Shown piece by piece: positions 6,601 to 13,943 of a stretch of 27,854 nt of DNA. Numbering within the stretch: position 1 is the first letter of the stretch; each line of letters begins with the position of its first letter. Where the stretch lies: positions 1-27,854 of the forward strand of contig JBBQSO010000070.1 of the NCBI GenBank assembly GCA_038213805.1. The letters are read 5' to 3'. The stretch comes from Planctomycetota bacterium (GTDB lineage Bacteria; Planctomycetota; UBA11346). Both the position numbers and the translations under genes were made by a program. Under the pieces are notes generated by a model. It was not told where the DNA came from. It did no database searches and saw nothing but the letters and a program-made list of their open reading frames with translations.

Positions 6601-6672
6601 TGCTCCAACAGGGAATCGAACCCTGCTTCCCGGATTGAAATTCCGGAATCCTGGCCACTGGACGATTTGAGC
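6601..6672 (-). tRNA. tRNA-Glu(TTC)
   Basis: GCTCAAA/TTGGAGC-A (1 mismatch); CCGGA-AT TTC AA-TCCGG; CAGGG-TTCGATT-CCCTG. Confidence 0.87.
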
Positions 6673-6703
6673 GTGAACGCGGAACATGGATGAGAATGCA
6701 GAG

Positions 6704-6779
6704 TGGCTGGCAGGGCCGGATTCGAACCAGCATAATCCCGATTAACAATCGGGCGCTCGACCAGTTGAGCTACCTGCCA
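6704..6779 (-). tRNA. tRNA-Asn(GTT)
   Basis: TGGCAGG/CCTGCCA-G-CCA (U1-A72, G73); CCCGA-TT GTT AA-TCGGG; TTCGAAT. Confidence 0.93.
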
Positions 6780-6788
6780 ATGTGGACC

Positions 6789-6895
6789 TGGTGCCTGGCC
6801 GTGGAGTCGCGACGGGCCGCAGGCCCTAGTCCCTTGCGGAAACCAGGAGCCTTCCGGACCAGAACCGGACGTTCTACCGATTGAACTACCCGTGA
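6789..6895 (-). pseudogene. Interrupted, chimeric tRNA-Gln(CTG)
   Basis: Intact 5' part (TCACGGG, D arm, TCCGG-TT CTG GT-CCGGA, CCTGG-TT), then a 31-nt insert (6810-6840), then CGACT-CCACG-GCCAGGC-A-CCA, which does not pair with the Gln 5' strand. Confidence 0.75.
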
Positions 6896-6902
6896 GCGTG
6901 AA

Positions 6903-6976
6903 TGGTTGGAGGTATGGGAATCGCACCCATGTCTCGGGAATCACAGACCCGTATGCTGTTACTGCACCAACCTCCA
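6903..6976 (-). tRNA. tRNA with GTG (His) anticodon and atypical acceptor (A73, no G-1)
   Basis: TGGAGGT/ACCTCCA-A-CCA; CGGG-T CT GTG AT T-CCCG; ATGGG-TGCGATT-CCCAT. Confidence 0.82.
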
Positions 6977-6985
6977 AAGAAAATA

Positions 6986-7062
6986 TGGTCGGAACGGCGG
7001 GACTTGGACCCGCGACCTCTGCTGCCCAAGAGCAGCGCTCTGCTGGACTGAGCTACGTTCCG
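6986..7062 (-). tRNA. tRNA-Pro(TGG)
   Basis: CGGAACG/CGTTCCG-A-CCA (C1-G72, A73); CTGCT-CT TGG GC-AGCAG; T loop TCCAAGT. Confidence 0.9.
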
Positions 7063-7074
7063 GAATGGTGAGAC

Positions 7075-7149
7075 TGGTCCCCGACCGTGGGATCGGACCA
7101 CGGACCTTCCGCCTGTCGTGCGGACGCTCTGCCGCTGAGCTAGCCGGGG
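7075..7149 (-). tRNA. tRNA-Val(GAC), atypical (C33, C55)
   Basis: CCCCGGC/GTCGGGG-A-CCA; TCCGC-AC GAC AG-GCGGA; CGTGG-TCCGATC-CCACG. Confidence 0.85.
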
Positions 7150-7152
7150 AGA

Positions 7153-7224
7153 TGCGCGCGGATGGAGTCGAACCACCGGCCTTCCGCGTATCAGACGGAC
7201 GCTCCACCACTGAGCTACGCGCGC
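7153..7224 (-). tRNA. tRNA-Ile(GAT)
   Basis: GCGCGCG/CGCGCGC-A; TCCGT-CT GAT AC-GCGGA; GGTGG-TTCGACT-CCATC. Confidence 0.92.
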
Positions 7225-7236
7225 TGAAATCAAAAC

Positions 7237-7308
7237 CTGGCTCGGATGGATTCGAACCATCGACTTCCTCCTTCGCAGAGAGGTGCTCTTCCGCTGAACT
7301 ACGAGCCA
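7237..7308 (-). tRNA. tRNA-Arg(GCG)
   Basis: TGGCTCG/CGAGCCA-G; D loop AGCGGAA (A20); CCTCT-CT GCG AA-GGAGG; GATGG-TTCGAAT-CCATC. Confidence 0.9.
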
Positions 7309-7384
7309 TTATGAACAAGAATCCACGTGCCATCGAAACCCTGAGCCTTGACCCACCAAAAAAAGAGCTGTCCGTTGTCGCGAG

Positions 7385-7470
7385 GGGGGCAGCGCCGCAG
7401 GCGCGTTCGTTGGGGGCGCCGCCTGCTGCGGCTCCCCCAACAAAAAGCTCTTCCGCTGAACTACGAGCCA
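7385..7470. repeat. Third copy of the GTTGGGGG..CCCCCAAC element fused to a duplicated tRNA-Arg(GCG) 5' fragment
   Basis: 7385-7450 aligns with 5915-5981; 7447-7470 is an exact 24-bp copy of 7285-7308. Confidence 0.88.
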
Positions 7471-7522
7471 AAACGATCTGAGAAAACTCTAGAGTTGTCA
7501 AAGCGGCGAAGAGAGGCGTGAC

Positions 7523-7561
7523 GAAACGCAACGACCCCCGGGAGGATCTCCCGGGGGTCGC
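7523..7561 (-). terminator. Intrinsic terminator / attenuator upstream of array unit 1
   Basis: 13-bp perfect stem CGACCCCCGGGAG/CTCCCGGGGGTCG, 3-nt loop, TTGCGTTTC tail on the minus strand. Confidence 0.8.
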
Positions 7562-7593
7562 TTTGCGGCGTTAGGCGGTTGGAGTGCTGGACT

Positions 7594-7692
7594 CTATCCG
7601 CTCGTCACCTGGCAAGGCGTCCCCGGTCGACCGGGAAACTCCCGGTGATTCGGCTGACAGACGCTTGGACGGATGACGGAGGCGCAGCTCAT
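7594..7692 (-). CDS. Putative leaderless leader peptide (32 aa) of unit 1
   Basis: MSCASVIRPSVCQPNHREFPGRPGTPCQVTSG*; ATG lies exactly 35 nt after the first T of TTGACT; stops 33 nt before the terminator stem. Confidence 0.6.
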   Translation of the reverse strand: MSCASVIRPSVCQPNHREFPGRPGTPCQVTSG

Positions 7693-7727
7693 GGCGGTAG
7701 TGATACCTACTTGAAACATAGAGTCAA
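7693..7727 (-). promoter_or_regulatory. Sigma70-like promoter P1 of the tRNA array
   Basis: TTGACT (7722-7727), 16-17 nt spacer, TATCACT, in the AT-rich divergent intergenic region. Confidence 0.65.
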
Positions 7728-7812
7728 CAAAAAGATCATGCCGACGTGAAAATGCTGGTAAATAGCGGAACAATCTCTACGTTTTGCACCGCCAATCGAG
7801 GTCTTCGCCAGC

Positions 7813-8763
7813 ATGTCAACTGACCACCTCCCGCTGCCCGACATCCTCCGCGGCCTGATCCTTGCGGCTGGCCTCAGCCAGCAGGAGACGGCGCTGCGCT
7901 CCGGCATCAGCCCGGGTTCGGTTGCGGCGTTGTGCGTGCGCATCCCCAAGCCCTTGCTCACCTGGTTGCGCCTGGTCGCGGCGCTCGGCGGGCGCGTGGG
8001 CGTCGCCTGGCAGGATCGCACGTGGACGGTGCCGATGCCGAAGATCGCGGCGCCGGTGCTGGAACGCGAATGGGCGTCGTGGCGCACCCGGCGCATGGTC
8101 ACCACCATCAACCACCTGCGTTCCGCCGCGCCCAAGACCAAGCGCGCGCTGCTTGAGGAGCGCGCGCGCACCTATGCCGCCAACGAGGAGGCGCGCCTGC
8201 GTCAGCGGCTCGGCGAGCTCAAGAGCGCGACCAAGGCCTTTGCCGGTGCGCACCGCAGCCAGGGGCTGCGCGTCGCGCTGCGCCTGATCGCGACCAGGAT
8301 CGGCCTGCGCGCCGAAGAGCTCACCCTGCTCTCTGGCGCCAGTCTTTCCGCCTGTCAGCTCGCCCTGGGCGAGCTGCACGACGGCCGGCTCGCGACCATG
8401 CACCGGCTGTGCTCTGCGCTCGGCGCGCGCCTCGAGATCGCGCTGCCCGCCGGCAGCATCGCGATCGGCTTCTGCCCGCCCGGTGATTGGCGTCCGGGCA
8501 TGGCCGAAACGGCGGCCGAGGGCGAGGCCGACGCGCCGAGCGCGCGTACGCCCAAGGATAACCAGAACCGCAGCAGTCTAGGCAGCGCCGAGATGCTGGC
8601 GCTCTTCGACCAGGGCCTGTCCATCGGCGCCATCGCCCGCCAAGCCGGCGTCAGCCGCCAGCGCGTGCACAAGCTGGCAATGGACAACGGCCGCACGCAG
8701 CGCCGGCAGGCGGTACGCGAGCAGCGCGTCGCGAGCGGTCGGGAGCTGCTGGGCGTATCCTAG
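7813..8763 (+). CDS. Multi-HTH DNA-binding protein (two XRE-like units and a C-terminal HTH)
   Basis: AAGLSQQETALRSGISPGSV..LVAALGGRV; IGLRAEELTLLSGASLSA..TMHRLCSALGARLEI; DQGLSIGAIARQAGVSRQRVHKL. Confidence 0.8.
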   Translation: MSTDHLPLPDILRGLILAAGLSQQETALRSGISPGSVAALCVRIPKPLLTWLRLVAALGGRVGVAWQDRTWTVPMPKIAAPVLEREWASWRTRRMVTTINHLRSAAPKTKRALLEERARTYAANEEARLRQRLGELKSATKAFAGAHRSQGLRVALRLIATRIGLRAEELTLLSGASLSACQLALGELHDGRLATMHRLCSALGARLEIALPAGSIAIGFCPPGDWRPGMAETAAEGEADAPSARTPKDNQNRSSLGSAEMLALFDQGLSIGAIARQAGVSRQRVHKLAMDNGRTQRRQAVREQRVASGRELLGVS

Positions 8764-9096
8764 AGAAGGTAGCTGCCGCCTACGGACCTGGGCGAGCAGC
8801 CAGGGCCGACGGGAGATCAGCCAGAACGGATGCGTGCACATGGCGGAGCCACACGCGGTGTTGCGATGAATCCACCCTAGCCTGACCGCTTGCGGAGGCG
8901 TGGTCGATGGTTCCCTCCTCATTTCAGCTGCGCCCGTACCTGCGCCATTCCAAGGGCGGAAGGGATGGCCGGTGGGCGTGGATGAACGCGGACTTTCCCC
9001 GTCTGGTCCCGTCAGCTAGGGTGTTCCCTGCGTACCGCTGTCCGTGCCGATGCTGCACGGAGCGTGTCCGCAGACACCCGTTTCGCGAGCCCCCTG

Positions 9097-11328
9097 ATGC
9101 CACGTCCCGCCGCGCTCCGCACGCTTGCTCTCGCCCTGCTCGGGGCCTGTTCCGGGCTTGTTGCCGCCGACCTGCCGCTGAGCGGCGGCCATCTGCCAAC
9201 GCGCTGGGACAAGCAGGTCTCCGCGACCGCGCCGCTGCCGGAGTATCCGCGGCCAATCATGACGCGCAGCGCCTGGCAGAGCCTGAACGGCGTCTGGGAC
9301 TACGCCCTGACCGACGCCCAGGCGACGGTGGCACCCACGGCCTTCGCCGACGCCATCCGCGTACCTTTCCCCTATGAGGCGGCGCTGTCCGGCGCAGAGC
9401 GGAAGAGCATCACCGACAAGCGCCTGTGGTACCGGCGCAGCTTCACCGTGCCGGCGGCGTGGCGGGGCCAGCGCGTGCTGCTCAACTTCGGTGCGGTGAA
9501 TTGGGACAGCACGGTGGCGGTCAATGGCAAGGCCATCGGCGCCCACCGCGGCGGCTTCGACGCATTTCAATTCGACATCAGCGCGGCGCTGAAGGACGGC
9601 GACAACGAGCTGGTGGTCTCGGCGTGGAATCCGCTCAAGGTCGACGTCCCCGACGCCCAGGTGTTGGGCAAGCAGCGCCGCGAATCCGGCGGCATCTTCT
9701 ACACCGGCGCGACCGGCATCTGGCAGAGCGTGTGGCTGGAGCCGGTGCCGGCGGCTCACATAGCGGATCTCAGGATCGTGCCCGACCTCGCCGGCGGCAC
9801 GGTCGCGGTGACGGTGGCGGCCGAGGGCGGAGCCGCCGCAGCGGTCACGGTGACCGTGCTTGATGGCGCCAAGGAACTCGCCAAGGCGAGCGGCACGGCG
9901 GGGCAGCAGCTCAGCCTGAAGATCGCCGCCGCGCACGCCTGGAGCCCCGAGGATCCGCATCTCTACACGCTGGCGATCACGCTCGGCACTGATCAAGTCG
10001 GCAGTTATTTCGCGCTGCGCTCGCTCGCCCTGGGCAAGGACGACCAGGGCCGCACCACCATGCTGCTCAACGGCAAGCCCTACCTGCAGATTGGCGCGCT
10101 CGACCAGGGCTATTGGCCGGACGGCATCTATACGGCGCCGACCGACGACGCGTTGAAGTACGACATCGAGATCGCCAAGCAGCTCGGCCTGAACATGCTG
10201 CGCAAGCACGCCAAGGTCGAGCCCGACCGCTGGTATTACTGGACCGACAAGCTCGGTATGCTGGTGTGGCAGGATATGCCCCAGGCCTATGGCGACCTCA
10301 ACGAGGCTGCGCGGGCGCAGTGGGTGACGGAATGGCAGCGCGAGATCGCGACCCACTTCAACCACCCCAGCATCGTGGTGTGGACGACCTTCAATGAGGC
10401 GTGGGGCGAGAAGACTTTCGACGTGCCGGCGATGGTGGCGCTCACCAAGCAGCTTGATCCGACGCGTCTGGTCAACAACGCCAGCGGCTGGGACGACCAG
10501 CACTGCGGCGATATCGCCGACACCCACGCCTACCCCGGGCCGTGGTCGGGCAAGCCCGAGGCGGCGCGCGCCGCGGTGTGCGGTGAGTTCGGTGGTGTGA
10601 CCATGGCGGTCGCCGCCCATCGCTGGAACGAGACCACCGGCGTGATGGGCTATGGCGCCACGCTCAAGGACGGCGCGAAAGTCACGGCCAAATATCAGAA
10701 ATTGCTGATGACCGCCTGGAAGCTCAGCAAGGAGCAGGGCACCTGCGCTTTCGTCTACACCCAGATCACCGACGTCGAACAGGAACTGAACGGCCTGCTG
10801 ACCTACGACCGCGAGGTGATCAAGCCGCTCGCCGACATCGTCACCGCCGCGAATCGTGGCACCTTCCCGGCCCTGCCGCCGAGCACCGCGACGCCCGACC
10901 TGGTCCCGACCGCGGAAGAGGAGGCGGTTCTCTGGCGTTACACCCTCGTCAAGCCCGCCGACGGCTGGACCGACGCGGCCTTCGACGACGCGGCGTGGCA
11001 GACTGCGCCGGCGCCATTCGGGCACGGCATGGGGGGAGTGCGCACGGAGTGGACGAGCGGGGACATCTGGATCCGGCGCACGGTCATCCTGCCGGCGGCG
11101 ATCCCGGCGAAATTGGACGTGCTGCTCAAGCACGACGAGGACGCCGAGGTCTCCATCAATGGCGTTCTCGCCGCGACCCAGAGCGGATACAACGACGCCT
11201 ATGCCGCCGTGCCGCTGTCCGCCGCCGCCCGCGCCACGCTCAAGGCAGGGGCCAACGTGATCGCGGTGCACTGCCATCAGACGGCTGGCGGGCAGGGGAT
11301 CGATGTGGGGATCGTCGCGCACGAGTGA
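9097..11328 (+). CDS. Secreted glycoside hydrolase family 2 with a C-terminal galactose-binding-like domain
   Basis: [85 protein letters not shown]; signal peptide after ATG 9097. Confidence 0.93.
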   Translation: MPRPAALRTLALALLGACSGLVAADLPLSGGHLPTRWDKQVSATAPLPEYPRPIMTRSAWQSLNGVWDYALTDAQATVAPTAFADAIRVPFPYEAALSGAERKSITDKRLWYRRSFTVPAAWRGQRVLLNFGAVNWDSTVAVNGKAIGAHRGGFDAFQFDISAALKDGDNELVVSAWNPLKVDVPDAQVLGKQRRESGGIFYTGATGIWQSVWLEPVPAAHIADLRIVPDLAGGTVAVTVAAEGGAAAAVTVTVLDGAKELAKASGTAGQQLSLKIAAAHAWSPEDPHLYTLAITLGTDQVGSYFALRSLALGKDDQGRTTMLLNGKPYLQIGALDQGYWPDGIYTAPTDDALKYDIEIAKQLGLNMLRKHAKVEPDRWYYWTDKLGMLVWQDMPQAYGDLNEAARAQWVTEWQREIATHFNHPSIVVWTTFNEAWGEKTFDVPAMVALTKQLDPTRLVNNASGWDDQHCGDIADTHAYPGPWSGKPEAARAAVCGEFGGVTMAVAAHRWNETTGVMGYGATLKDGAKVTAKYQKLLMTAWKLSKEQGTCAFVYTQITDVEQELNGLLTYDREVIKPLADIVTAANRGTFPALPPSTATPDLVPTAEEEAVLWRYTLVKPADGWTDAAFDDAAWQTAPAPFGHGMGGVRTEWTSGDIWIRRTVILPAAIPAKLDVLLKHDEDAEVSINGVLAATQSGYNDAYAAVPLSAAARATLKAGANVIAVHCHQTAGGQGIDVGIVAHE

Positions 11329-11655
11329 CTCGTGTCCTGTCCGAGAAATTCACTGTCTTTGACGTGGCCGCGCCAGCCGTCTGCGGCGTTGCATCCTCCT
11401 GGCGATAGCGTTGCTATCGCCGCGTCGGAGACACCTTGCAGCCAGCCGACGGGGCCGGCGCCCTCGGCAGCGAATCCCCCGGACAGGACACGAGCGGCCT
11501 GGGCCCAGGGCGGGCTCCGGCCGCCGGTTTGTATTTCATCCGACTTTGGGCTATGATCAGGGGTGGGGGCGGATCCACCGCCACCAAACGGGACTCCGCG
11601 CCACGGCCGCAGGCGGCGTCGGCGTCGGCGTCCGATCCCATCCACCGGGAGCCGC

Positions 11656-13788
11656 ATGCCCCAGCCGCGCCAGCGTTCGACCCGCCCCCGCGGCCAGGGT
11701 TTCGCCAACCAGAGGCCTGCGGGCGACGACACCGAGCGCGTGCGGGTGCTGGCCACGTCACGCGGCACCCACGCGATCATGGCCGGCGCAGCAGCGCTGA
11801 TCGGCCTCGGCGCCCTGGGCATGTGGTTGCTGTGGGGTGGCCAGGTGCAGCCGCTCAAGAAGGCGGTCGCGTTGCCATCGCCGTTGGCGGCGCCGGCGCA
11901 AACCACGGCCATTGCGCCGGAGGCGCCGGCCCCGGCGGTAGCTGCGCTCCCCCCCGCAGCCACGCAGCCGCGCACCTTCGTGCGGGGCATCAACTTGGGC
12001 GGCGAGGGACTGACGGTCGACGGGCACCGCTGGCTGGCGCACGCGCAGGCGCTCGCCAACGGCTTGGAACTGGGCGCGGGCGCGGCGATTGCCGTGCCCG
12101 CGCCGATCACCGCGGCGCGCCTCGATTTCGAGACCAAGACCATGCTCGACAGCGGCCTGGCCGCGAGCGGACCGGTGATGCTCGGTCAGCGGCTGCCGAA
12201 CGGCGATTACGAGGTGTCGTTGTGGGTAGCGGGTGCACAGGGCATCGACCCCGCGTTGCTGGTGCTGCGCCTCGACGGCGTCGACGTCACCATCGGCAAG
12301 GCGGTGGGCACGGCGACCTGGAGTCGTCTCGGCCCATACCGCGTGACCGTCAATCAGCGCCGCCTCGACATCGCGATCAGCGGCCTCGGCGGGGCCCATC
12401 TCGCGGGGTTGGCCATCGCCGCGCTGGGCACGGGCCAAGCGACCGTGCCGCCGGTGGTCGCGCTGACCGCACCGGAGGTGGGTGCGCAGCTCTATGGCGA
12501 TGAGATCGTGCTGTTCGCCGACGTCATCCCGGCGAACGGGGACATCGCCCGCGTTGAATTCTTCGATGGCCGGCGCCGGCTCGGCGAGGTGCTGAAGCCG
12601 CCCTACGCCTATACGTGGCATGGTGCGGAGCTGGGTCCCCACGAGCTGTCCGCGGTGGTCAGCGACCATCGTGCGGTGCAGGCTGGCTCAGGCGCGGTGG
12701 CGATCACGGTCAAGCCCGAGAGCGACGCGCCGGAACGCGTCCTGGAGCGCGCGCGCAGCGCGATGCGCCGTCTCGGCATCGAGCCCACGCGCCTGGCGGC
12801 GGACGGCGCCGGCCTGGCCCTCGACCTCAACGGCAGCGACATCGACGACCTCTCCTGGGTCAAGGGCCTGCCGTTGACCGGGCTGTCGCTGGCGAAGACC
12901 AAGGTGACTGATCTCGGTGTGCTCGCGGGCATGCCGCTGCGCCGGCTCGACCTCGGTGAGACCCACCTGCGTGGCTACGCCTTCCTCAAGGGCCTGCCGC
13001 TGGTCGAGCTGCGCATGTGGGGCTGCGACATCTCAGACCTGTCCCCGCTTGCCGGCATGCCGCTGGAGTACCTGCTGCTCGGACACTGCGCGATGACCGA
13101 CCTGCGACCCCTCGCCGGGATGCCGCTGAAGCGCCTGTTCGCGCAGGAGAGCGCCATCGCCGACCTCGCACCGCTTGCGGGCATGGCGCTGGTCGAGCTC
13201 GATATCGGCGCCACCAAGGTGCACGATCTCGCGCCGCTCACGGGGATGCCGCTCACCTTTCTCAGCATCTGGAACTGCCCCGTCACTGACCTGCGCCCGC
13301 TCGCCGGCATGCCGCTCACGCACCTCGCCGTCGACGGCGTGAAGGCCGATTTCGCGCCACTGCACGGCATGCCGCTGGTCTACCTCTCGATCGTCGACAC
13401 CTCGATCGCGGACCTCGCGCCGCTCGTCGGAGCGCCGCTGCGGTGGCTGCGCATGTGGAAGACCAAGGTGTCGTCGCTCGCGCCGCTGGCGGGCATGCCG
13501 CTGGAGAGCCTGGTAATGGGCTACACGCCCGTCTCTGATCTGACGCCGCTGATCGGACTGCCGCTGATCGAACTCGACATCATAGGCTGCGAGCAGCTGC
13601 GCTCGCTCGTCCCGGTGGCGACCCTCGACAAGCTGCAGAAACTCGCCCTGCCGCGCCTCGTCCCCGGCGTCGAGAGCCTGCGCCACCTGCCGGAATGGGT
13701 GCGCGTCCGCGACGGCGCCCACGACCAGGCGGTCGCGCTGGTCGACTGGTTCAGGGACTACGACGCGGCGCAGCGCACCGGGAAGTGA
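11656..13788 (+). CDS. Membrane-anchored protein: beta-sandwich, bacterial Ig-like domain, about 13 internalin-like LRRs (paralogue 1)
   Basis: TM segment near the N-terminus; PPVVALTAP..IARVEFFDG..PPYAYTW; repeats of DLxPLAGMPLxxL; GGGAG before ATG 11656. Confidence 0.88.
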   Translation: MPQPRQRSTRPRGQGFANQRPAGDDTERVRVLATSRGTHAIMAGAAALIGLGALGMWLLWGGQVQPLKKAVALPSPLAAPAQTTAIAPEAPAPAVAALPPAATQPRTFVRGINLGGEGLTVDGHRWLAHAQALANGLELGAGAAIAVPAPITAARLDFETKTMLDSGLAASGPVMLGQRLPNGDYEVSLWVAGAQGIDPALLVLRLDGVDVTIGKAVGTATWSRLGPYRVTVNQRRLDIAISGLGGAHLAGLAIAALGTGQATVPPVVALTAPEVGAQLYGDEIVLFADVIPANGDIARVEFFDGRRRLGEVLKPPYAYTWHGAELGPHELSAVVSDHRAVQAGSGAVAITVKPESDAPERVLERARSAMRRLGIEPTRLAADGAGLALDLNGSDIDDLSWVKGLPLTGLSLAKTKVTDLGVLAGMPLRRLDLGETHLRGYAFLKGLPLVELRMWGCDISDLSPLAGMPLEYLLLGHCAMTDLRPLAGMPLKRLFAQESAIADLAPLAGMALVELDIGATKVHDLAPLTGMPLTFLSIWNCPVTDLRPLAGMPLTHLAVDGVKADFAPLHGMPLVYLSIVDTSIADLAPLVGAPLRWLRMWKTKVSSLAPLAGMPLESLVMGYTPVSDLTPLIGLPLIELDIIGCEQLRSLVPVATLDKLQKLALPRLVPGVESLRHLPEWVRVRDGAHDQAVALVDWFRDYDAAQRTGK

Positions 13789-13943
13789 GCCACGGGCGCC
13801 GCGAGCGCTCCAGGCGGATCCGTTCGCGCGTTGAGTTCACCCAAGGTCCGGGATATGATGAAGTTCGCCCATACCGGCAATCGACCGGCGCTGGGGTGCC
13901 TCTCACGTCGGCCAGGCGCGCGACTTCGTGCCCAGGACCACCT

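Noticed and set aside
4082..7531. Many 60-200 aa ORFs across the array (e.g. 4082-4687, 5106-5630, 6906-7481, 6959-7531)
   Set aside because: They are translations of tRNA genes and repeats, or antisense shadows
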